IMG/VR virus record: IMGVR_UViG_3300020120_000058
Span: 1-42,891 of that record
Strand: one strand, 5' to 3'
Origin: a virus
Lineage: Duplodnaviria; Caudoviricetes
DNA: 42,891 bases
Below the pieces are notes generated by a model. That model was given only the letters and a program-made list of their open reading frames with translations. It did not search any database and was not told where the DNA came from. The position numbers and the translations under genes were made by a program. This document shows positions 1 through 7,486 of the stretch, piece after piece. Every line of letters starts with the position of its first letter. Within the stretch, counting starts at the first letter, position 1.

Positions 1-127
1 AGTACTAACGACCTGTTTCCTGGCATCGCCTCCACGCCGAGCGTTGACAACGGCTGGCGCGCAGCTGCCTGGCTGAACGCCTTATGGTTCCGAGCCGGCA
101 ACGGCTTCTACCGCCTGGACATGCCTG
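1..127. repeat. Terminal overlap identical to 42765-42891 (circular assembly overlap)
   Basis: Exact 127-bp match (agtactaacg...gacatgcctg) at both ends; the reading frame continues across the join. Confidence 0.97.
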
Positions 128-1188
128 GCGCCGTGCTCACGCCGACTGGCCCAGGCAAGCTGCTCGACAACGGCTCGATCGTCCGAGGCGAGCCGCGCGT
201 GTTCTGTGGTTGGGGCGCCTACCGCGCGTACCTGGCTATCTGGAACCCCGACAACAGCACCACCTACCTGCTGAGCTACGGCAACTGGGAGGCCCGCTCG
301 ACTCCCGAGGGCACCAGCTACGTCTTCGATGACCAGTTCGACGGCAGCCTGGCGCACTGGACTGGTCGCAAGGCGACGGCTATGGCCGTCTCGGGAGCCA
401 GCGGCCAGGACCGTCTGTACATCGGCTTCGATGACGGCGGCTGGGACTACTTCAAGCTGGTCCAGCGACCGCTGGCACTGACCTCTGGCGCCGAGTTCAT
501 TCTCGGGCCGTGCAGTGTCACTTTCCCACTTCATCATGCGATGTTCGAAGCCGATCTCAAGCACTGGCTTGGCTTTAGCGTCTTCGGGCCATACATGGCG
601 GTTGGTGACCGGGTGGACCTGTCCTATCGCATCATGGCCAGTGGCTCCGGCCCAGGCACCGATCCGACGGGCAACTGGCTGCCGCTGGGCACATTTACGA
701 CCAACGGCCAGCGCATCGAAGCACCGTCCAACCTGGTCGGCAATGGCATCCAGCTGAGGGCCTCGCTGTCGAACACCACCACCTCAGACACCCCGGTGAT
801 CGACACGATTGCCTACCACGAACGGGTGGTGCCGGCCTTCAAGCGGGACCTCCAGATGACGGTCGACGCGCGCAACTACCAGTCGCGGCTGGACGGCGCC
901 GTGGTCCGATTCAACAGCGATCAGATCCATAACGCGATGATCGACTACGCCTCTCAGCCTGGCAGCTTGTCGATCGAGCTACCCGACGAGACGGTGGACG
1001 AGATTGCGCTGTTTGGCTTCCAGGAGCGGATGTCCCCGCCGACGGCTGGGGGTGGCCGCAACTGGGCCATCGACATCCAGGTCACCCAGTTCCGCGTGCT
1101 GACCGTGTACGGCATCATCGGCCGCTTCCGAGGCACGCGCATCGGCGAACTACGAGGCTTCAAGATCGGCGCGACGAGGACCATGTAA
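1..1188 (+). CDS. C-terminal part of a ~681-aa virion protein spanning the junction (starts at 41907); probable tail nozzle/stabilisation protein
   Basis: Frame is open from base 1 and continuous with 41907-42764. Beta-rich composition; lies among the tail genes. Function is positional inference. Confidence 0.7.
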   Translation, partial: STNDLFPGIASTPSVDNGWRAAAWLNALWFRAGNGFYRLDMPGAVLTPTGPGKLLDNGSIVRGEPRVFCGWGAYRAYLAIWNPDNSTTYLLSYGNWEARSTPEGTSYVFDDQFDGSLAHWTGRKATAMAVSGASGQDRLYIGFDDGGWDYFKLVQRPLALTSGAEFILGPCSVTFPLHHAMFEADLKHWLGFSVFGPYMAVGDRVDLSYRIMASGSGPGTDPTGNWLPLGTFTTNGQRIEAPSNLVGNGIQLRASLSNTTTSDTPVIDTIAYHERVVPAFKRDLQMTVDARNYQSRLDGAVVRFNSDQIHNAMIDYASQPGSLSIELPDETVDEIALFGFQERMSPPTAGGGRNWAIDIQVTQFRVLTVYGIIGRFRGTRIGELRGFKIGATRTM

Positions 1189-2105
1189 TGCCCGACCTGA
1201 CCACTGAACTCAACCTGGCCCTGGCCACCGACAACGACGACCAGGCCGACTATCTGGACCTGGACACGGGCGCGAGCTTGCGCACGTCGCTCAGGACCAT
1301 CGACGGCCTGTTCAACACCGCCACGGGGCACACCCACAACGGCGCCCACCAGGGTGGCTCGATTGGCAGCATCCCGGCGAGTGCCATCCCAGACGGCTCG
1401 ATCACCAGCGCAAAAATCGCCGACAGCGGCATTGCCACGGTCGACCTGGCCGACGGGGCAGTGACGACGCCGAAGATCGCCACGGGCGTGACCCTGACGA
1501 CGCCGGTCCTCAACACGCCGACCATCAACAGCCCGACGCTCGCGGGCACGATCGCAGGGGGTGGGATCTTCAGCAGCGGCCCGTTCACCACCGACTGGTT
1601 CCGCTGCAACACGATCAACCAGGGGCTGCTCAATGTTGCCGCCGGCATCGGCATCGCCTTCGATGCAGGCGGCCCATACGTCTACGGCGGTTACGCGGGC
1701 GGCCACTTGATCACGGAGACGGCCACCCAGACGCTGACCAACAAGACCCTTGGCGCGGTGACCTGGGCAGCTGCCCAGACATTCCCAGCCGGCAGCAAGG
1801 TCGGCAACAACCTGGCCATCGTCAACAACCAGCCGGCGAGTGCCGACTGGAAGCTCGACGCCGGCGGGACCGGCATTCTGAGCGCAAACCCCGGCGGCAA
1901 CGTGTTCAACATCGGCTTCGCCGTCGCGTTCGCTGCTGCGCCGACCGTGGTGGCCAACGTCCAGGGCGTCTCGGGCGGCCAGAACACGGCACACCTGACG
2001 TGGTGGACGGGCAACGTTACCGCCAGCGGCTTCCAGCTATTCGTCAACGACGGCAGCGGCGGCGGGCAGTCTCTGTTGTGTAGCTGGCTGGCGTTGGGCC
2101 ACTGA
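1188..2105 (+). CDS. Tail fibre / minor tail protein (305 aa)
   Basis: GHTHNG motif, DGSITSAKIADSGIATVDLADGAVT fibre repeats, QTLTNKTL motif and a C-terminal FAVAFAAAPTVV (gp53/H-lectin-like) region. Confidence 0.75.
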   Translation: MPDLTTELNLALATDNDDQADYLDLDTGASLRTSLRTIDGLFNTATGHTHNGAHQGGSIGSIPASAIPDGSITSAKIADSGIATVDLADGAVTTPKIATGVTLTTPVLNTPTINSPTLAGTIAGGGIFSSGPFTTDWFRCNTINQGLLNVAAGIGIAFDAGGPYVYGGYAGGHLITETATQTLTNKTLGAVTWAAAQTFPAGSKVGNNLAIVNNQPASADWKLDAGGTGILSANPGGNVFNIGFAVAFAAAPTVVANVQGVSGGQNTAHLTWWTGNVTASGFQLFVNDGSGGGQSLLCSWLALGH

Positions 2106-2113
2106 GGAGGATC

Positions 2114-2296
2114 ATGGCTTACTCGATCGGACCCGGTGTGCAGCAGGCAATCGCCGACAGCGGCGACGAGGCCCGCTCCGACGAGCGCTTCATCATTCTG
2201 GATGAGGGCCACAAGGTCAGCCTGACCTTCGGCCGCGACGCCACGTACTACTGGTACGAGGAGGATAACCGGGTCAACCGGTCACCCTTTCTCTGA
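2114..2296 (+). CDS. 60-aa protein; probable N-terminal part of a frameshifted lysis protein
   Basis: Strong GAGGAGG RBS; ends CCC TTT CTC TGA. Confidence 0.7.
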   Translation: MAYSIGPGVQQAIADSGDEARSDERFIILDEGHKVSLTFGRDATYYWYEEDNRVNRSPFL

Positions 2297-2327
2297 GGAC
2301 TTCACCCAGCCCGTCTTCGACCCGTGG

Positions 2328-2780
2328 GTGGCGATGCCAGGTCAGCTTTACGACTGGACCTGTTCAGCATGCAGTTTGGAGTGGACCAAGCGGGCAGTGG
2401 GGCTGATCGCCCCGCCGACGGACATCTACGGCAGCCGCGAAACGACGGTGTACGAAATCGGCTACCCCGACAACATCAACGCCACCTACGGCCTCATGGA
2501 CGGCAGTGGTAGCCATCTGGCGCGCGTGCTCGCCGACTACGGCCAGGACACCAACCAGGCTCAGGGGGTGAGCTTCGATGATGTGTACCTGCTGGCCCAG
2601 GACGGCACCCCAGCCATGATGTCCGGGGCAGCCTGGTATCACTGGGTTTCGGTGCGCGGCGTCCAGGGCAACACCCTGTGGATCGCTAACAGCGCGCCAG
2701 GTTACAAGGGCGTCTGGGACAACCTCTCGCGCGAGGACTTCAACCGCCTGGGCGGTTTCTCGGTGGTCTGGCTGACCTGA
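2328..2780 (+). CDS. Papain-like (C39-like) cysteine peptidase, candidate endolysin catalytic domain
   Basis: Q..WTCSACS (Cys), YHWVSV (His) and WIANS motifs; located near the holin-like gene. No RBS of its own; frame is open back to 2226. Confidence 0.65.
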   Translation: MAMPGQLYDWTCSACSLEWTKRAVGLIAPPTDIYGSRETTVYEIGYPDNINATYGLMDGSGSHLARVLADYGQDTNQAQGVSFDDVYLLAQDGTPAMMSGAAWYHWVSVRGVQGNTLWIANSAPGYKGVWDNLSREDFNRLGGFSVVWLT

Positions 2781-3517
2781 TGGTCATGTCCCCTGGCCGC
2801 GTGGCCGAGCTAACCACTGGCTACGAGCAGCGCTCCAGCGGCGTGTTCGTCCACAAGGGGCGAGGAGACATCGGCGAGCTTCGCGTCAAGGGGCCAGTGT
2901 CGCTGTTTCCGCTGACTGGCCAGGGCATGGAACTGCTCTACGATCCTCCGGGCACGACCGGCTACATTCAGGCCTACGACCGAGACGCGGGCGCGTACCG
3001 CGACCTGAACATCACCGGTCGTAACGTCGCCATTGCCGTGGCCGGCGGCACGCTCAACCTGCCGGCTGGGTCAGTCACCAGCGCTGCCATTGCGGACGGC
3101 ACGATCCAGACCGCCGACCTCGCCGCGAACGCAGCCACGGCAATGCTGGGCTGGTATCTCGCTGCCCCGGCGTGGACGAACACCACGCTCAATACGTGGA
3201 TGGCTACGCCAATTACGTCCACGGTGGCGACCACGGGCGGCACAACGCTGGTGTTCGCCACGCTGAACTTCTATCACTCGGCCGCTGGCGCCAACACCTA
3301 CGTGGGCCTGGCACTGGACTCGTCCGTGAGCATGTACCACATCGTCACCACGCCGACAGCCAACGGCTACGTCAGTTGTGGGCTGACGTGGATGGCGGGC
3401 TCCCCGCCAGCCGGCTCGCACACGTTCGCCATCTACATCTACCAGACCAACGCTGGCACGTTCACGATCAGCACCGGCTCGCACTCAAACCTGCTCGTTG
3501 TAGAGCTTCGTCGCTAA
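2780..3517 (+). CDS. Tail fibre / receptor-binding-like protein (245 aa)
   Basis: GSVTSAAIADGTIQTADLA repeat shared with 1188-2105; beta-rich C-terminus. Confidence 0.65.
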   Translation: MVMSPGRVAELTTGYEQRSSGVFVHKGRGDIGELRVKGPVSLFPLTGQGMELLYDPPGTTGYIQAYDRDAGAYRDLNITGRNVAIAVAGGTLNLPAGSVTSAAIADGTIQTADLAANAATAMLGWYLAAPAWTNTTLNTWMATPITSTVATTGGTTLVFATLNFYHSAAGANTYVGLALDSSVSMYHIVTTPTANGYVSCGLTWMAGSPPAGSHTFAIYIYQTNAGTFTISTGSHSNLLVVELRR

Positions 3518-3529
3518 TTGGAGGAACCC

Positions 3530-3685
3530 ATGCAAATCACCAACGCCCCAACCTGGCTCAGTGTCGGCTGGATGCTGGCACTGATCGTCCTGTTGCTCGT
3601 CATCGTCTTCTACTTCATCGGCAAGCTCAGCCCGGAGCAGGCTGGCTTCCTGGCCGCCCTGGCCGTGGCGCGGCTCATCCCCTGA
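3530..3685 (+). CDS. Holin-like membrane protein (51 aa)
   Basis: GGAGG RBS; MQITNAPTWLSVGWMLALIVLLLVIVFYFIGKLSPEQAGFLAALAVARLIP has two hydrophobic segments; last gene of the late operon. Confidence 0.6.
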   Translation: MQITNAPTWLSVGWMLALIVLLLVIVFYFIGKLSPEQAGFLAALAVARLIP

Positions 3686-3767
3686 CATGTCCAGGGCTGG
3701 GGAATCTTCAGAAAGGACACCTACCGAGAGGCAGAGTGGACTGGATGTTGTGGGGGACAGACCCACC

Positions 3768-3995
3768 TCAGCCCTGGGCGCCCGCGCCGAATAGCGCTTC
3801 GCACAACGGGCAGCCTGGCTTCAGGTGGGCGTGCTGGTGGGCGGTGTCGAGCAAAGCCCGTAGGTGCTTGTTCTCGGCGCGGAGTCGGTCGCGTTCGTCC
3901 ATAGCGGTGCGGAAGTCGCTGGCCGTCAGCATGGCGACCTCGACGCCGTCTTCGATCCAGAATCGCACGTAGCCGTCTTCAGGTTTGGTGGTCAT
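3768..3995 (-). CDS. Hypothetical protein with coiled coil and CPLC motif (75 aa)
   Basis: MTTKPEDGY...ERDRLRAENKHLRALL. Confidence 0.55.
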   Translation of the reverse strand: MTTKPEDGYVRFWIEDGVEVAMLTASDFRTAMDERDRLRAENKHLRALLDTAHQHAHLKPGCPLCEALFGAGAQG

Positions 3996-4002
3996 AGCGG
4001 CT

Positions 4003-4101
4003 CTACCAAGACGCCGCTTCGTTACAGGCAATGACGAACGTGGCCAGCAGGATTGAGATTGGAAGTCCGATCAGCAAAAAGGCAATCCACTCACCGCTCA
4101 T
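4003..4101 (-). CDS. Small membrane peptide (32 aa)
   Basis: MSGEWIAFLLIGLPISILLATFVIACNEAASW fills the gap in the leftward gene run. Confidence 0.4.
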   Translation of the reverse strand: MSGEWIAFLLIGLPISILLATFVIACNEAASW

Positions 4102-4110
4102 TTGGTCACC

Positions 4111-4287
4111 CTAACCATCTTTAGGTCGCCCAAACACCGTGGTGCGCTGCTCGAAAGATGGGCATCGACACGGCGGCTCACTTGTTTCCGAGAATCGTTC
4201 GCACCGCCCCTGAGCGTCACGATGCGTGAATCGCAAGTGACCGCACCAGCACGTCTCGGTCAACATTTTGGTAAAGCTATCCATCAT
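4111..4287 (-). CDS. Small Cys/His-rich protein (58 aa)
   Basis: CWCGH...H...C...CRC pattern; start overlaps the upstream stop. Confidence 0.5.
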   Translation of the reverse strand: MMDSFTKMLTETCWCGHLRFTHRDAQGRCERFSETSEPPCRCPSFEQRTTVFGRPKDG

Positions 4288-4486
4288 CTTTACCTCGGCC
4301 AAGCGCCTTGTTGATCTCGCCGCGCCAGAATGGTCCGTCGCCGGCCGAGTCCATGTGATCCCACTCGTACAGCCGTCGAAGTAAGGCCCGCAGCCACTCG
4401 TTCTCGGCGCGGAGTTCGCTGCGCTCACGGACCAGGGCGTTGACCTCGTTCTCCAGTTCGTATCGACTAGGGATAGGGTCACTCAT
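4277..4486 (-). CDS. Hypothetical coiled-coil protein (69 aa)
   Basis: ERSELRAENEWLRALL; ATGA overlap with the upstream gene. Confidence 0.6.
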   Translation of the reverse strand: MSDPIPSRYELENEVNALVRERSELRAENEWLRALLRRLYEWDHMDSAGDGPFWRGEINKALGRGKDDG

Positions 4487-4680
4487 TTGGCCATCTGTCT
4501 AGCGCAATCGAACGCAGAACGATTGAATTGAATCTGTCCGTGTCTTCGTTGGCTGCGATCCCGGTTACGATGCTGATGCACGCACATCCAGACCACCTTG
4601 CCGCTCTCATCCCGGAGCACGCCTCGGTAATAGCCGTTCGCGTTTTTCTGCGTACTAGGCTTGGTAGTCATAAGCACCAT
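4483..4680 (-). CDS. Hypothetical protein (65 aa)
   Basis: GGAGG RBS 5 nt before the ATG at 4680; WMCVHQHRNR motif. Confidence 0.55.
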   Translation of the reverse strand: MVLMTTKPSTQKNANGYYRGVLRDESGKVVWMCVHQHRNRDRSQRRHGQIQFNRSAFDCARQMAK

Positions 4681-4690
4681 TAGCACCTCC

Positions 4691-4881
4691 TGACGTGTTT
4701 ATGATTACGTGTTTACTCCCCTGATTCTAGCCCTCTCCACCTCCCCTATCTGGCCCATCTCCTTCTCAGAAGAAGGCCCCAAGATCAGCGACATATCCCT
4801 CGGAGGGATATCGGGACCCAGGCCATTCTGATCTCAAAACGGGGGTTTATAGACACGTCAGTATGGCCTGTTACGTGTCTA
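4691..4881. promoter_or_regulatory. Non-coding region with four T(G/T)ACGTGT(T/C)TA sites and nested inverted repeats; candidate attP or operator
   Basis: Copies at 4691-4701, 4705-4715, 4850-4860 (inverted) and 4871-4881; TAGAAT -10-like box on the minus strand at 4724-4729. Confidence 0.5.
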
Positions 4882-4936
4882 CCCATCTGAGCCCACCTCG
4901 CCCCGCCTTGCGTCAGCCAACGTCTGACCAGTCACG

Positions 4937-5323
4937 TCAGCACCCGGTCCAGGCGGGCGGATCGGGGGTCAGGGTGGCCACGATCTGGCGCAGCACACGC
5001 ACCTGGTAGGCATCAGCCGCAGCAGCGTAGTCGGCGCCAACGGCCTGCCAGCGGCGACGCGCAACCAACAGCTGGTGGGCGAAGCGTCTAGCGGTGAGAT
5101 GCTGGGGGGGTGGCCGGCGTGGATGTTCTGAGTTGTGGCGCGTGCAGAGTTTGCCCCCAGTTCTTACGCCGCAGATCATGTAGCGCTGATCGTCCGGGAA
5201 AGGTTGGACGGCAGCCGGGCAGAACCGCTCGGGATTGTCGAGCCGTTCCAGCCAGTCAGGTGTCCACCTCGCAATCTCCCAGCGAGGGATGCGCTGCTCC
5301 TGGGGGAGGTCTTGGTAGAGCAT
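4937..5323 (-). CDS. Hypothetical protein (128 aa)
   Basis: ATG at 5323 overlaps the upstream TGA; contains C..C..C..H residues. Confidence 0.55.
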   Translation of the reverse strand: MLYQDLPQEQRIPRWEIARWTPDWLERLDNPERFCPAAVQPFPDDQRYMICGVRTGGKLCTRHNSEHPRRPPPQHLTARRFAHQLLVARRRWQAVGADYAAAADAYQVRVLRQIVATLTPDPPAWTGC

Positions 5324-5790
5324 CAGTCGATGATGGCCAGGGCGGTCTGCTTGCCCATCCTGGCGGCCTGCTTCATGGTCCAGCAGCCGCCCGACTTGAC
5401 GTGATCCTCGGGCGGCGTGTGGCAGTGGTAGCAACCGTCGGCGAACTCCATGCCCTTGAAGCCCGGCGGCAGCCGCAGGACCACGATGCACATCAGCACG
5501 TCGGCGTCCCTGGCGATCTTCAGGTTGCGGTCCTTGAAGCCGTCCACGCCGGCGACACTTTCCCAGGTATGCACGCCAGCTGGGTGCTCCCTGGTGTCGA
5601 CGCCCAGGGCCCTGGCCTCCTCGATGGCCCACCAGTCGATGCCGCCCAGGGGCGAGTGGCCGCTGACGACCAGGCTGGCGCCCCAGGCCTTGATCGCCGA
5701 TCGGATGGCCTGGCGGGCCAGTGCCTCGGTGGCCGGCGTGAACTTCTTCGCCTCGGCGCCGACGATGCCCAGTGTTATTCCGGCGGCCAC
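5323..5790 (-). CDS. SLOG-superfamily (YspA/DprA-like) nucleotide-binding protein
   Basis: LGIVG..., VVSGHSPLGGIDWWA, FKDRNLKIARDADVL and SGGCWTMKQA..MGK follow the SLOG motif order. Confidence 0.65.
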   Translation of the reverse strand: MAAGITLGIVGAEAKKFTPATEALARQAIRSAIKAWGASLVVSGHSPLGGIDWWAIEEARALGVDTREHPAGVHTWESVAGVDGFKDRNLKIARDADVLMCIVVLRLPPGFKGMEFADGCYHCHTPPEDHVKSGGCWTMKQAARMGKQTALAIID

Positions 5791-5966
5791 GGTTGCACCA
5801 ACTCGGGCTTCAGCTGGATCAGCCGCATAGTGCAGGCCTCAGTGGCGCCATGCCAGAACTCGGCCAGGTCGTCGGTCGACCAGTCCTTCTGGAGGCCCTC
5901 CAGACGCTCGTCCAGCAGGTTGATTGTCGCGCGGCCCCAGGCATGGAATGGGTGGTCCTCGGTCAC
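5775..5966 (-). CDS. Hypothetical protein (63 aa)
   Basis: GGAG RBS; GTGA overlap with the upstream gene. Confidence 0.55.
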   Translation of the reverse strand: MTEDHPFHAWGRATINLLDERLEGLQKDWSTDDLAEFWHGATEACTMRLIQLKPELVQPWPPE

Positions 5967-6349
5967 CCTGTGCTCTCCTGTTCTGGCTTCCTCCGAAGCT
6001 CCAGGAACACGCGGACGCCGTCTTTGCCCTGGTCGACCGTGACCGGGTGGAGCTTGTAGCCGGCCTCGCGCAGGTAGATCCGCACGCCGTTCCGCAGCCG
6101 ATCAACGTCGGCCTGCGAGTCCATCTTGATGACGGTGACGCGGCCCTGCTCATGGTCTTCGACGGCGCGACGGACGACGGTTGCCCAGAGGCCTTCACGC
6201 CGCGAGCCAGGGACACGCGGCACCTCTTCGGGCGCGACGCTGCCGATGATCTCCACGTCCGTCAGTGGTGCGCGTGGGCTGGACCGTCCGTCGGGTGGAC
6301 GGTGGCCAAACTCCGGGTGTGGCCCCTGGAGCTTGCGAATCGTGACCAC
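5963..6349 (-). CDS. Hypothetical protein (128 aa)
   Basis: Coding-like GC3 bias; tightly packed in the operon. Confidence 0.6.
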   Translation of the reverse strand: MVTIRKLQGPHPEFGHRPPDGRSSPRAPLTDVEIIGSVAPEEVPRVPGSRREGLWATVVRRAVEDHEQGRVTVIKMDSQADVDRLRNGVRIYLREAGYKLHPVTVDQGKDGVRVFLELRRKPEQESTG

Positions 6350-6353
6350 ACCC

Positions 6354-7379
6354 CTAACGCATTTCCAGCTGCTGCATGCTCAGGTTCTGCGGGGCCGGGT
6401 TCTTCGGCGACGACGTGGTCCAGGCCTGAGACACGTCGCGGAAGTTGATGCCGGTCCGGTAGCGGCTGCCGAACGCAGCCAGGTTGACCGTCCAGGCCGG
6501 CAGTAGCTCCTTGACCTTCTTGCCCTTCTTGCGCCAGACGTCATTGATCGCGTCGGCGATTGCCAGGCCGTAGGTGTTCGAGCGGGCGCCGACGTCGGTG
6601 CGCTGCCAGATCGAGGCGGCTCGGTCGTACCAGGCGTTGATCCCAGCGGCGCCGATGATGCGCGCGGCCTCGTCGCGGCTGACCCGGTCGGCGTAGCGGA
6701 CCCAGAAGCCAAAGGTGCCCTCCAGCTGCATCTCGCCGTATGCCTCGCGCGTATCGCCGAAGGCCTCGCCCAGGAAGGCGAAGACCCAGTTGAGGCCTTC
6801 GGAGCCACCTCTGGCGTAGATCCACTCCACGCGGGCGATCGCCGCGACGTGGCCGTCCTGGTTGCCGTAGTACCCGTTGATCTCCAGGTCGTAGCGCTGG
6901 GCAATCTTGACGATGTCCCGCGCGGCCTCGTCGCCAGCCACCAGCTTGGCCTGGAAGCGGGTCCAGGGCGTCTGGCCCAGGACGGTCCCCAGCTTGGTGT
7001 ACAGGTCGGCCTCGGTGGCCCGCTCCAGCCCGGTGTGGACCATGGCCGGCAGCTGCATCATGCCCTTCTCGTAGGCGACGACGCGACGGTGGTTGCCGTC
7101 GATGACCCAGAGCGTGTTGTCAGGCCGCCTGGAGATCGTCAGCGGCGAGACGGCCAGCGGGTCCCAATGCTGGCGCAGCTGCTTCAGGCGATGCTCTGAG
7201 AGTGGCCTGGCGTACCCACTTCCGTGAGGAGGTGAGTAGTCCACATTCAAGGTGGCCACGTGGACCCGCTCCAGCTTGTAGGTTGGCAGCCTGATCGGCG
7301 TGCGCCGCAGCGCTTCGCGTGCGTCCTGCTCGCCCTCTTCGGGGGTCAATTCGTCCATGATCCTCTGCTCGATTGCCAC
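6354..7379 (-). CDS. ParB/Srx N-terminal-domain protein (DUF6551-like), 341 aa
   Basis: YARPLS...PLTISRR..LWVIDGNHRR; GAGGAGG RBS before the GTG. Confidence 0.75.
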   Translation of the reverse strand: MAIEQRIMDELTPEEGEQDAREALRRTPIRLPTYKLERVHVATLNVDYSPPHGSGYARPLSEHRLKQLRQHWDPLAVSPLTISRRPDNTLWVIDGNHRRVVAYEKGMMQLPAMVHTGLERATEADLYTKLGTVLGQTPWTRFQAKLVAGDEAARDIVKIAQRYDLEINGYYGNQDGHVAAIARVEWIYARGGSEGLNWVFAFLGEAFGDTREAYGEMQLEGTFGFWVRYADRVSRDEAARIIGAAGINAWYDRAASIWQRTDVGARSNTYGLAIADAINDVWRKKGKKVKELLPAWTVNLAAFGSRYRTGINFRDVSQAWTTSSPKNPAPQNLSMQQLEMR

Positions 7380-7412
7380 GTAGCGGCGCCCTCCTCAGTG
7401 TGGGGTCCTGCC

Positions 7413-7456
7413 AAAAAAGCACAAGCCCCCTGGAGGGCAGTGCTCCAGGGGGCTTG
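7413..7456 (-). terminator. Rho-independent terminator after the integrase
   Basis: 14-bp stem caagccccctggag / ctccagggggcttg followed by a T-run on the minus strand. Confidence 0.8.
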
Positions 7457-7486
7457 ATGGTGGCGCGGTGCGGGCGCGTCGATTGG

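Noticed and set aside
1-127. 127-bp terminal repeat as a biological direct terminal repeat
   Set aside because: It falls in the middle of a gene and its length equals a common assembler k-mer; best read as a circular-contig overlap.
3686-3767. Possible structured RNA or second ribozyme after the holin-like gene
   Set aside because: Only short alternative stems and no ribozyme core; probably a convergent termination zone.
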